The notes under the pieces were generated by a model. The model made no database searches. It saw only the letters and a list, made by a program, of their open reading frames with translations, and had not been told where the DNA came from. DNA of 63,836 nt, counting the filler, from Choristocarpus tenellus KU-1152 (lineage: Eukaryota; Protista; Phaeophyceae): the NCBI GenBank assembly GCA_964200185.2. It is 10 parts of 10 records of this genome, joined end to end, with 100 filler letters (N's around TTAATTAATTAA, not from the genome) between each part and the next. Parts side by side here need not be neighbours in the genome. Positions count along the whole stretch, not along the records: positions 51,645 to 58,295 come from CAXNAD020007657.1; positions 58,396 to 61,171 come from CAXNAD020024846.1; positions 61,272 to 63,836 come from CAXNAD020026723.1; 7 more parts are not named here. One strand, given 5' to 3'. The translations under genes were made by a program, and so were the position numbers. Positions 52,697 to 63,836 of the stretch are shown one piece after another; within the stretch, counting starts at the first letter, position 1, and every line of letters starts with the position of its first letter.

Positions 52697-53099
52697 TATC
52701 CCAGTTGGTTTATCATCTGCCTAGATCTCGCCTGCAATCTAAAGGTAGATTCATTGAAACACAATGAACTAGAAGGCAATGGATGAATTAGAGGATAGTA
52801 AACCTGAGGACGGTGACATTCGGTCCCTCTCACTCTCTTCATCCATTTGTCCATCTTGAACCAGATGGGGTATAATAGGTAATATCTCTGTAGCCTCAAG
52901 TACAATGCTACGAACAATAACAGAAGGCAAATCGAAACACCAAGAATTCTGTTCAAATTTGCCTTGAAAATTGGTCACGAAGCCTCTGATCCACCCTCCG
53001 TTCAGATTTGCCTCATTCAGAAATACCTCAAAATTCCCGTATAATACCCAGTGGTGCTTCTTTGGTAGACACGAAACATGCACAACATATAGGAGAAAT

Positions 53100-54175
53100 G
53101 ATCGAATATTGTAGTGTAATTACTCTTTAGCAGATACGAAGCCGGTAAGTCTGAGTAGAAATAAGCAAACATCGTAATTGTAACTTTTCCTTAACAGTTG
53201 CAAAACAGACGCAACACGAAAGAAGGTATTTCGTTTTGTAGCTCTGTTGGGCAGATACAAACATTTCGGGGTAGAAATGAACAAATATCGTAGTGTAGCT
53301 CCTTTTTGGCAACTACTAAATAGGGACACAACATAAATGAGAAATATCATCGAGGAATATTTCCTATTATTTGGCGGTTTCAAATCAGGTACAAAACACT
53401 GTAGAAATATACAAATTTTGTGACAATGGTTCCACTCCTAGTAGTAATGAAGCGGATACAATACAACATAATAAATGAACAAGTATCATATGTACATCCT
53501 CTTTGGCAGTTCCAAATCAGGTACAACGCAGTAGAAAAGATCATTTAGTGAATTGTGACTCCTCGTTAGCAGGTACAAAACAGGTACAACCAAGTAGACG
53601 TTAAACAACGAGCCAAACCAACTGAGAAGAGGGAGGTCGGATTGCACTATAAGGATACCGAGAAATGATACAAATATACAATTTTGTACATTTACAGAAA
53701 GAGACTTCGTGAATTGTGGCGTCACTTTGTATGTGGAAAGGGGAAACATCAATTTTGGGTACGTTATTGGGTACATAATGCATTGAAATAGAGAGTATTG
53801 CACAGGGTACGAAAGACGACTTAGAATGCAAAAGGATCCAAAACTGCCTACGTCTCAGTTGCTTTGACTCAATATCGTAATGTAGATCCTCTTTGGCAGT
53901 TGCGAAGAAGATGCAACAAAATAGAAATAGAAATATGTTGACACGTACCTCCTCTTTCGCTTTGGGGAAATAGGTACAAATTGGTAGAAATGAAGCGATA
54001 TAGTATTATAATGTACCTCCATTTTGCTAGTTAATAAAACAGATAGAACAGAGTAATCTGAAAGTCAAGTAGTTCCACTTTGGATGTTACCAAATACGAA
54101 AAAAGGTGTAAGACAGTAGAAATTAATGAATACCGAAATGTAGATCCTCTTCCACAGTTTCAATTGAGAGACATA
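53100..54175. repeat. Degenerate tandem array, ~64-bp period, upstream of the Harbinger transposase
   Basis: Recurring TGTA(G/C)(A/C)TCCTCTTTGGCAG..AAA.AGGTACAA...GTAGAAAT at about 53114, 53179, 53236, 53294, 53491, 53554, 53881, 53945, 54012, 54139. Confidence 0.7.
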
Positions 54176-54589
54176 TAAAAAGCTGTACAACACATAGTAC
54201 ATCATGCATGCCGATATTTATTGTTTTGTTGCACTCGATTTCAGTTACATATATCGGATACAGAGAGTTGAAATTCTAATGCGCACAAGCATGTAAGTGC
54301 ATGTCGCCTGTGCTTATGCCCCCTACTGGGTGAACCCAATCACGACAACCAACCCTAACTCTATTATGTTGTAACTCAGGATGGTAGGTCGACCAGATTG
54401 GGCTAATGTTTGTTGAGGACGGAAGAATTTGGCATGGTTTGTGAGGTACCCCTTCGATTTCGACCAAGTGCATCCACGATATGAACTCGCAATAACTCCA
54501 GTGATACTAACTTCGCAGAGAAGCAGAGCAAAGAAACTACGCAGAATAATGTATTTCGAAGTTGCTACTTTTGATGGGGTTGTACAGTG

Positions 54590-54708
54590 GCGGAACAAAG
54601 ATATTGACATCTCCAAACAAACATGATAGCCAAAATTACATCAAAATGGCAACATTGAATTTTGGCCCCCAAATGGACGCGGCTCTACCCTCTAAGATAC
54701 TTTGACTC
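54590..54708 (+). mobile_element. MITE family 1 partial copy H (right half only)
   Basis: GGAACAAAGATATTGACA...GGACGCGGCTCTACCCTCTAAGATACTTTGACTC. Confidence 0.85.
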
Positions 54709-57700
54709 TCAGTAATGTAAGTCTTGGGATCGATAGGACAACCCCATAGGCTGGTCTAGGCAAGATGTCTCACGCGCTGTCCAAGCATATTTCATGTCAG
54801 AAATTCCTCAATGATGTTGAATAACGACCCAAACATGTCGATAAAATTTCGAAGATGGTTCAGAAAAGTCGGAAAAGGTCAGCAATGGCGAGAAGGGTTG
54901 AGAAAAGTGATCGACAAAGGTTTAAACCAGCCAAAATGTGAAAGATTGATTCGAAACTTCGTAAATGACATAAGAAAAAGTTGAGTAAAATTGTAATTGA
55001 TTGTGAAATGATGGCAGAAGAGGGATGGGTAGCGTCTCCAAAATATGGAGGTAGTACCAAACAAAAGGGATGACGCTGGCAGCATCGCAACAGCAAGAGA
55101 ACAACGGAAATAAGCAATGCAGTTTCAGATGCAGATCAAATATAATATGAGAGTGCCAATCGGTTTGGAATATTTTTTCCCTTGAAAACTCTTACGCTGA
55201 TTGTGTGTGTGTGTACACGTCAACATCTATGGTGGGACGATTGATTGCGATGTTTGTACTTAGAAACAGTGCACCTCTACTCTCCAATTTGCCACATTAC
55301 ATTCCTTCCCCACACAAAAGGGTCGCTCTTGACCTCCACTGCAACAACAGCAAACCCCATGCCAGATCATTTGGATGGATTCTAGGTGACACATACACAC
55401 ATACATTTCCCTTATTATATGATAAGGGTGATGAGGGTCGAAACTGTAAGCACTCACTCTATATTGTCTACCTTGTAGTGTAATACGCAGGCCAGCATAT
55501 GTGGGCACATGTCTTGTGCACACTGTGTCTCGAAATTTAGCTCTGTTGTCTTGTCCTCAACGAGTCTTTGTCCCTCCTTTATTTTTTTCCTCTACAAAAA
55601 TGCGCTATTGCGTTTTCCAACCCTTCATTTTCCTATCTCTGTCGTACACACTCCTCTTGATGTCATCATTGAACATCTACAACATATTAATGGGCTTAAG
55701 ACGAAAAGACTTGTTCAATTATCACTATGGTCAATATATATTTGGACAGCATTGTTTCTCTTCGTTTGTTGTGTACCTACACATCTATCTCCTCACAGAG
55801 GACATGCACGATATATTGCTGACAGCAGAACAGCATGGATATAAACATTTGTTTAGCATCCCGTAACCTTACACTTCATATTCAAAATATTGTATAAATC
55901 CAGTTCTACTGGTCTATTCCCCCATGCCGAACCAATGGTGGAATGAATGAGACTCAGTTAAATTCTTCGTGATTGGTGATCCTTCTAAAATGAACCTGCC
56001 CTAGTATCACTAAATACAACACGCTACACTACACATATATTACAGTACATAGTGCTTAAATTCTGTGATCACAGAGATGAGGGAGTGTTAGAAGACATTC
56101 TAGTGGATCGTACCAGAAACTTGGAGTGATCTGTACAAACAGGTCAAGAGCGCACACTCTAAGGCCTTAAATAATCGCCTTTCAGGAAGAGTAGATACAC
56201 CCCTCTGTACCCCCCAGCACAATTCATGGACCAAGCGCAAGGGATACGCCACATGCATCACCGCAGGTTGTATACAGTCAATGATATGTGCTGCTCTCTC
56301 CCCTAAGAACTGTTGTGGTTTGCAAGAAGAAATGTACTAGGAGTGATAAATACTCTCATTATCAAGTTGAAACTAAACAGCCCATGACCCAGGTGGAGTG
56401 AGAGATCCAAATGAGGCAAATCCATTCTGGTGAAGCAACCCTGCTAGTAATGCTTACTCTTCCTCAGGGAGAACTTCTGGGTCATACGGACCAGGGAAGA
56501 AAATCGCAGCAATGGTGTTGCCCTCACGCTCGATCTGATCATGGGGGGATAATGAACAAATTGAGTCGAATGGTGAACTTGAGTACGTTGAAGAGGGTAA
56601 GGTGCTTGGTGTACCTGAAGCTACAATCTACTGTGTCCAATTGATGGATCAATATGCAAGGTTGACTGAGGGGCAACACAATATGTGAGGATAAAATGGG
56701 CATCATATTGCAGGCGAAGTACTTCAAAAGAAAACCTTTCAAACTGAAGACGCAAATCAAATGTCGTTAGTGTGCAAAATAGGATAATAGTGAGGTGTAC
56801 CTTATTTTGTGTATGAGAGATATAACTAATGAGATAGTACATGCGGATTGTGAATGGGATTACGTATAGGTTATTATTCTGCATTCAACTACTTTGACAA
56901 AACCGTTGACTTAGGTAGGAAGCACAAATAATAATAAAACAAGCAATGAGAAGACACCCCACAAAGGTCACTCTTCTAATTCCACCCATTCTTTCCACGT
57001 TCAGCAAAGGGGGTCGTGTGAGGCTTCACACCTTCTTGTCTTCACTACTGATAAATAGTATTACCTCCCAAGGTAAATTGCACAGTTAGAGATGCAGTGC
57101 TTCACGCAGAAAATAAGGGTCAAGTCAAGGTTGACTTCTGACTCATGCATTTGCGTCTTGTAGCAAGATTCTGGCAGAGTACATGAATTGTGCGAGTCGG
57201 CAGTGAGTATCTATCAGAGGCAACAAATTCAGGCCAACTATACAGCCAGAGAGCCCAAGGAAGGGTCAAATCTGCCACATTGATGCTACGATCGCCCAAA
57301 TATCGTTTGTCGTACCTTAACTGTCACCATTGAAGAGTTCAAACTCCCAGAAGGCCATTTCCCCCTCTGGAAGCCCGAACAATTCCTGTAATATAACGTG
57401 TCCAAACAGTCATAAGGGCAAAGAGAGGTTGAAAGGTTATCAACTTCTATTCTAGAGTCTTGGTAGTGTCCCCTACGGCAAGACTTTTGAGGGAACAATA
57501 ATTTGAAGGGATATCCTCCTGAAATAAATCTTCATAATGTTAGGTAGAAATCAGTACTGGAAGGGGACAGAAGAAGGAATTTTTCAAAGTAAAACTACAG
57601 TCATGGAATGGCAGGGCTTTTGTCTTGAGAGAAGTTGAGAGAAGTTGTCTTGCTTGTACTGCCATGTCCCCTACGTATTACGAGAGGGTCAGAGTCAATG

Positions 57701-58656
57701 GTGCATACCACACACAACATCTAAAGCATATCCTGCCAAAGGCCCTTAATTCAATTAGTTGTCGTGCTCTGGGTGGATGTAGATATCACTAACCTCCTGC
57801 AGGATACGAATGGCAATGGTCTCGCCAAAGAGCATGCCATCAGTATTATCAGCGCGGAAGTGCACACCCAGCATCGACCTGGGTAACCAAAACACAATTT
57901 TGGTGGCCAGAAGGACAACATTGTAACGTCTTGAGCTTCTGATAGAATCATTTTGTACATCTCTTTTACAGTTTCATACCTCATGCCACACCACTCATTA
58001 GTTCTTGGTCCCAATTTCTGGGTCCTATAAAAATAGACGCACGCTTGATGGAATCAAAACACTAGTGAAAAAATGGACGCAAAATATCTCGCATACCGTC
58101 AATCAGACACTTTATTGATCCAAGTGTTTAATCTTGTAATAAGAGCAAAAAATATCGAACACATTGTGCATTACCAACCATACCAAGATATGCTTGGCAG
58201 TTTTACATCTAGATCTCTACAAGCGGAAGGGAATAGGTTCAAAGTATCTGGGGGGGGGGGTGTCGGCGTCCGTTTTTCACCCTTTTTTCGATTTTNNNNN
58301 NNNNNNNNNNNNNNNNNNNNNNNNNNNNNNNNNNNNNNNTTAATTAATTAANNNNNNNNNNNNNNNNNNNNNNNNNNNNNNNNNNNNNNNNNNNNTTTTC
58401 ATGAAGTCAAAAATTTTTTTCCCCCCCCTTTCCCCCCCCCCCCCCCCAACCACAAGTTAAAAAGCTCGTTGTGTTGCTGTGTTCCTTACCTGTATTGAAA
58501 CCTACTTACTACTGTGTAGTAGACCTTTTCTATAGGTGTATGGTGTTTGTTTGTTTTTTATTCGGGGTGTGTTCTATAGTTATTATTAATATTAAATGTT
58601 TATTTTATTATTATTATTATTATTATTATTTTCTCGTGGGTTTGCGTTCTGCTTAG

Positions 58657-59748
58657 GAGGTTTACTCCAGTGAGGAGGTGCTACAGCTGCTGAGGCAAGG
58701 TAATGCCAACAGGAAGACTGAGGCCACGCAGGCTAACCAGGTCTCCTCCAGATCCCATGCTGTGTTACAGGTATTTACTATTTGTTTGCAATTAATACCC
58801 CAAACATGAAACTGTTACACTATCGCTAAGAAACGGTTATGGGGATGTAATCGGGATTGGGGTTAGGGTTTAGTCCGCAGTACAGTGGTGTTACTGTAAG
58901 AAAAAAAAGAGCAGTACAATGTGTATACCTTGTACAGTCAGTGATATACCTTAAACTGTCACCCTGTCTGTCAACCCCCTCCTATTTCATCTTTGGTGAT
59001 ATCCAGTTTTTTGGACTAATCCTTGGCCCCACTGTGTTTTTTTTTATTGTTATTGTGTGTGTTTTTGATTGTGATTCATAGCCCATTTGTTTACATTCCT
59101 GACTACGATAGTACAGTAGTGCTGCTATGATAGCAGTGGCATGCTCAGATTCCTTTTTGTTTTCCAGTATCAGTGACCAGAGGCTTGCTCGTTGGAGGTT
59201 GTGTTGCCTCCATGATGCCTCACATAGTCTTTTCTTCGTTGAGGTTGAGAAGCATCATACTCGACAAAAAAGATAGAGATGAGGAGGATAATATGTGTGA
59301 CATTAATCTGGTTGTACTAGTTGTACAATGGGTAGGGTTAGGGTTGAAAGACTTCGCAGAACGTTGAGGGTCAGCATTGACACTGAATTGGGGTTAGGGC
59401 TAGGGTGAGTAGTTGTTGGAGCTGGGGTGGGGAGGGTTGAGCTTACTTACTTGCCGGATAAGAAAAGAAAAAAAAATACGATAGCGACACTCAATGCGTT
59501 TGTTTTTTATTTATTTGCCATGAACAAGCATAAACACAGATATATTCTAGACGTGACATGAATTTTTACTGTGTATCCCTAACCCTTAACCTCCCTGTCC
59601 CCTCAACTGTAAAAATGAAAAACTGAATGTGTGATGATGTCGTTGAAAAAAAAATAAAAAAACAGGTTGTGGTGACATGTACCCATGTGGACTCAAACAT
59701 GAATGATGTCCACAGGGAGTCGAAACTTTCACTCATAGACCTTGCCGG
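58657..59748 (+). CDS. Kinesin motor domain, two internal exons (58657-58770, 59666-59748), kinesin-8-like; other exons not located
   Basis: EVYSSEEVLQLLRQGNANRKTEATQANQVSSRSHAVLQ (switch I) and ..ESKLSLIDLAG (switch II), GT-AG bounded and in phase. Confidence 0.9.
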
Positions 59749-61114
59749 GTGAGGAGGATGTGGCGGCAGTTACGAAAGTTTTGCTGATAGTAGGCAGGCG
59801 TAGGGGACTTGGAGGGGAAGGGAAGCTCACTGTGGTGTTTGATGAGTGGCGATACTAATGATACGATAGCTCTTGTCATTATTGCATCGTGTTTGTGATA
59901 CTGTATTGAAAGATGGACTTGTATAGGGCTTTCGACTAGAAAATAGCTCTGAAATTAATTGTGTTAGGTGGTTTTTTAGACAATTCAGAACGGAACACTT
60001 TTGTCATCATCAGTCTTTTTTTTGTTATTTTTGTGCATTTTTAAAATACGTAATAAATAATAAATGGTAGTAATTGTAGTTGTGAAGGCCGAATATATTT
60101 TTTGGTTCCTGCGAGATACCTAACCCTAATATATATATTATTTTTTTATATTAGTAATAAAGGTAGATTTGAAAAAGGGATTCAATTTTCTATTTTTAGT
60201 GTGCAAGGGACCAATGCAAGATGGAAGTATAATAGAGAGAAGGTCCAAACTTGTCAATCTGACTGGGAAAAGAAAGGTCTAGGCTTTTCTTTGTGGATGT
60301 TGTAGAGTGGTTTTTTTTATTGGCATGAAGATTAGTTGTGGTGATGTCGATGTTGACCTGGATTGATGTTGATGGCTTGTACAACCTGGTCAAAATATGG
60401 TAATAGTATATACTACTACTGCTGATGATAATAATGCCATTATTTGATAGGGGCATTTGTCAAGGGTAGTGCTATGAGAGTCAAAAGCATTTGCAATTAC
60501 GCGATGAATTGGTCCCAGGATTTTCTATGTCCTTGATTAGACTTGAAAGGTATGTATCATTGCTGTATATATAAATTGATGTGTGAAACGCACATCTCTG
60601 TGAGCAATACACGCAGCGTGCGTTCATGCAAGAATTAAAATAATTGTATGTTCAAATAAAAAAAACAATTTTGATTGATGGTGACGTAATGTTTGGCAGC
60701 ACTTATGGAGGGGAGTTTGTCCCCAAGTAGTAGTAAGTGTGACCATTTGTACCCCCACGGTGTTGGCGATACTCTCACGATACAGTCAGTACTTGCGATA
60801 CTCTCACTCTTTTTGTGGACATATCGGTCATAATGATGATGCATTGCGCACACGACCTCTGTATTCTTGATTATTTGTAGTGGGATTGTTTTTATTATTT
60901 CAACAGACTTGATGTAGCTAGACTTTAGCTCGGCCATAAGGGCCCTACCCCACTCTCATCATTGTGGTATGGTGAGATAATGGCTCCTTGTTCAGGCGTC
61001 CTTACCCCCCCTCCCCCCCCCTGAAGAAACACCTCCAACTTCTAATCACTATATAATAAACTTCTGCACAAATAGATGTATAAAATCCTGCGTTAAAGTC
61101 CAGTACCACCTTCC

Positions 61115-61151
<37 letters not shown>

Positions 61152-61271
61152 CTCCTTTTTTTTTTTTGTTTNNNNNNNNNNNNNNNNNNNNNNNNNNNNN
61201 NNNNNNNNNNNNNNNTTAATTAATTAANNNNNNNNNNNNNNNNNNNNNNNNNNNNNNNNNNNNNNNNNNNN

Positions 61272-62600
61272 CCTTCGAATTGACATACTGGGTGGGTATC
61301 AGCGAGCTCGGGAAAATTTTGGGAAAAAGTCCCTTTCAAGTGTCGGATTTCAGCGTTGGCCCTTTCCAGCTCGCCTGCAAGAGTCTTTGCTACCGTCAAC
61401 AACGGGGCCAAGTCAGAGGGTCGTAAGTCTGTTGGGTGTAAATTCCCTAAATTATCGATAGATATACTAGAGGTCACCACATTAGCGAACGATCCCCTGT
61501 CCAAACTCGACATTGCAGATGCTTGACCAACCTTTGCATCAACTAGTACCGCGAAATTCTCGTAACGCTGAGGATTCGATCACAAAACTCCTAGAATAGT
61601 AGATAAAACACCGACGTTGAACGCGCAGTATCGGAGTCTGTCCGTCAGAAGGGAAATCAGGGCTGTGGGGGTCAGGTCAACAGGATCGAGGTCACCTCTG
61701 TCATGTGGGTGGATTCTCAACTCACGTACAAAGGAATCGATTGACTGAATTACCTGTCTTGCAATTGCCCGAACATCCTGCTTCGGTTCCTGTCGAATAT
61801 CAATCAAATCGCGGAACGTTGTCTAGTGGATTTGGTACAGAAAATTCCTTCAGGCTTGCCGTAACTAATTCCTCCCAAGAGGCTAGGTTCAATGTTTCAT
61901 AAAACGATCGAACACTTGCTTGGTCACGATTGGTACCTCTAGGGATTTGATGTTGGAACAGGCGCATGCACCTATCTCCAAGAATTTGTTCGTATGTGGG
62001 AATTTGGCTGGCTTCTATGGACGATTTATTCACCATAGTATTAGCGCCTACTCGATTTTTGAAAATCATGAGCATTTTCCGATTTTGGCTACGGGGGGTC
62101 AATCTTGTTCCTGCACGTCCCAAAAACTCATGGGGGGTTAGTCTTTATGTGAAGGATACTTCACAATCAAGGGGTTACCGTGGAGGTGGTCAGAAACAGG
62201 TGGGTTGTTTGCATCTGCACACGTATTACTCATCTTCATGTTTAATGTCTGCATTGCCGCAGCCACCAAACCTTGGTCGTTTGGAGTCCCCTCCATAGCT
62301 TCATCAACGATCTTCTTGGCGTAGACAAGCTGGCGATTCATGTACGCTTGGATATCGAACGTTGCCTCCGCACTGTCTTCGACTTGCTCTTCTTGGTCTT
62401 CACCCAGCACGCTGTACTGGTTCAGGCCCGGATTACGGTCAGGGCCTTCCCTCAGCCTCTGCGCCGCCATCCCTTCTTGCTCTAGCGAGCCACCAGGGAT
62501 GCCTCTGTCTACAGAAATAGACGCGGGACTTGGTTGAGGTTGGGTGTTTATACTACCCCCCTCATTACCTCCTTCAGTTGTTGGCGTTGCATCGGTCGCC
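61272..62600 (-). other. Fragmented coding-like region, probable retroelement ORF relic
   Basis: Consecutive minus-strand ORF pieces (62470-62138, 62123-61800, 61807-61580, 61513-gap) with no evident splice structure and no recognised domain. Confidence 0.3.
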
Positions 62601-63780
62601 TTCTTCTTCCCCTAGGCCTTGCGAGTTGTGGACTTCTCTTTGGTATTGCTGCTGGTGTATGACATTGCAGCAGGTGTGGGGGTAGTAGTGTCCGACATAA
62701 CTTGGCGTGAGTTAGATCCCCTTGAACACTAGGCGTGAGTACCACTGTGGAAGTGTCAAAGGTGCCAAGTTCTCTGCTCAAGGGGACAATCACAATCACC
62801 GGAATGAAAACTCCTTCACCTCAGAGGGTGGACCGAGTTTCAGGGTCTTGGCTCTAATCTCATAACAGATCAGTAAATCCAGAACAGAACAACCCTTTCA
62901 GAACACGACAGATGTTCCAGAATGACTGAGCAACGTCATAGCAAAGAAAAGGATTTATCAGAATCGGAATGGTTCTTCGTTCTGAGGATCCATTTTGGCT
63001 GTTTGGTCAAATCCGGATCTCATGGATGTGACTGTTTCTTTGGACTGGTCTGTATGGATGAGTTCAAATGACGTGTTTGGCGCACGTAATTGTATCTGAC
63101 CGCGCGTCTTATACATAACGTGTGTGTCGGAGATCCCCAAAAAAGAACCTGTCCCTGACATCTTACGAAGGGTATAATGACACATGTAGACACAGCATGG
63201 AGGATTTTCATAACATAGCTGAGGCGTTTGCATTATTTGATGTTTGGAGCATATGTGATACTTGACTGGATCTATGGTCACTCCTTCAACATATAGCAGA
63301 GCTGTAAGCCCCAACGTGGGGTGGATTCCTTACATGCTATCATAGATCAATTCCTGTGGTTGAACCGTCTATAATTCAATGAATTCTCGAGACCTGACCA
63401 TAGGATCGAGCGCGGCACTATAATTGGCTGGGGAAGGCCAACACGTGATCGCGGGAGATTGCTGGAGCTTGGAGTGCACACAACTGGGCAGAATCCAGCA
63501 TGGCTACTTGAGAGAGGAGGGGTCCAATATGTCAATGAACGACGGGATGGACCTGGCGCAACCTGGGGGGGGTTGCGTGAGATTGACTTCTCAAATTGAT
63601 GATAGCGTAGCATATTCAACCTCCACAGGTTGAGAGACTTGCTGAGAAGAAGGTGAGGGAGTTTCTGACAGCTCGACACGAATATGCGATGAGCATTAGA
63701 ATGCAAAACTCAAAAGGAGGTATTCAAATTGCATTCATGATGCTGTCCGAGTCCTTAACCGTTGCTCAGAGTCGAGCACT

Positions 63781-63836
63781 GACCCAAAGTATCTGGGAGG
63801 GGGGGAGAGGTCTACACCCGGGTGTCCATTTGGACC
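63781..63836 (+). mobile_element. MITE family 2 left end (runs off window)
   Basis: GACCCAAAGTATCTGGGAGGGGGGGAGAGGTCTACACCCGGGTGTCCATTTGG. Confidence 0.85.

Noticed and set aside
54429-56200. Possible upstream kinesin exons (YPFDFDQV at ~54450; IVPETWSDLY at ~56107)
   Set aside because: No P-loop found and no convincing in-phase splice sites; resemblance may be chance.
58855-60130. Scattered TTAGGG/CCCTAA motifs in kinesin introns
   Set aside because: Isolated single or double units, not a telomeric array.

Overview
Eukaryotic nuclear scaffold from an intron-rich photosynthetic stramenopile (ochrophyte, plausibly brown-algal lineage; inferred from an ASAF-type plastid presequence on an LHC-family gene). 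It is broken by about ten assembly gaps that carry an artificial N..TTAATTAATTAA..N spacer. Spliced genes rebuilt by hand from GT-AG sites: a complete 12-exon protein disulfide isomerase (WCGHC/WCAHC, C-terminal TEEL) head-to-head with a signal-peptide thioredoxin gene (WCTHC, 3' end not found); a 4-exon METTL21/Methyltransf_16-type methyltransferase head-to-head with a divergent ~479-aa LHC-family protein carrying a very long acidic N-terminal extension; the first two exons of a MESD-like ER chaperone; two kinesin motor exons; a probable CD225/dispanin last exon; and tRNA-Gly(GCC). Intergenic space holds Ty1/copia remnants with PPT and LTRs, a gag remnant, an inactivated intron-containing PIF/Harbinger transposase beside a degenerate ~64-bp tandem array, and two related MITE families (~255 and ~180 bp) sharing an AAAGTATCT terminal core and 3-bp TSDs. 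Best leads: the extended LHC protein, the PDI/thioredoxin bidirectional promoter with ERSE-II-like motifs, the MESD homologue, the MITE/Harbinger system and a high share of AAG splice acceptors. All calls are manual; no database search was run.
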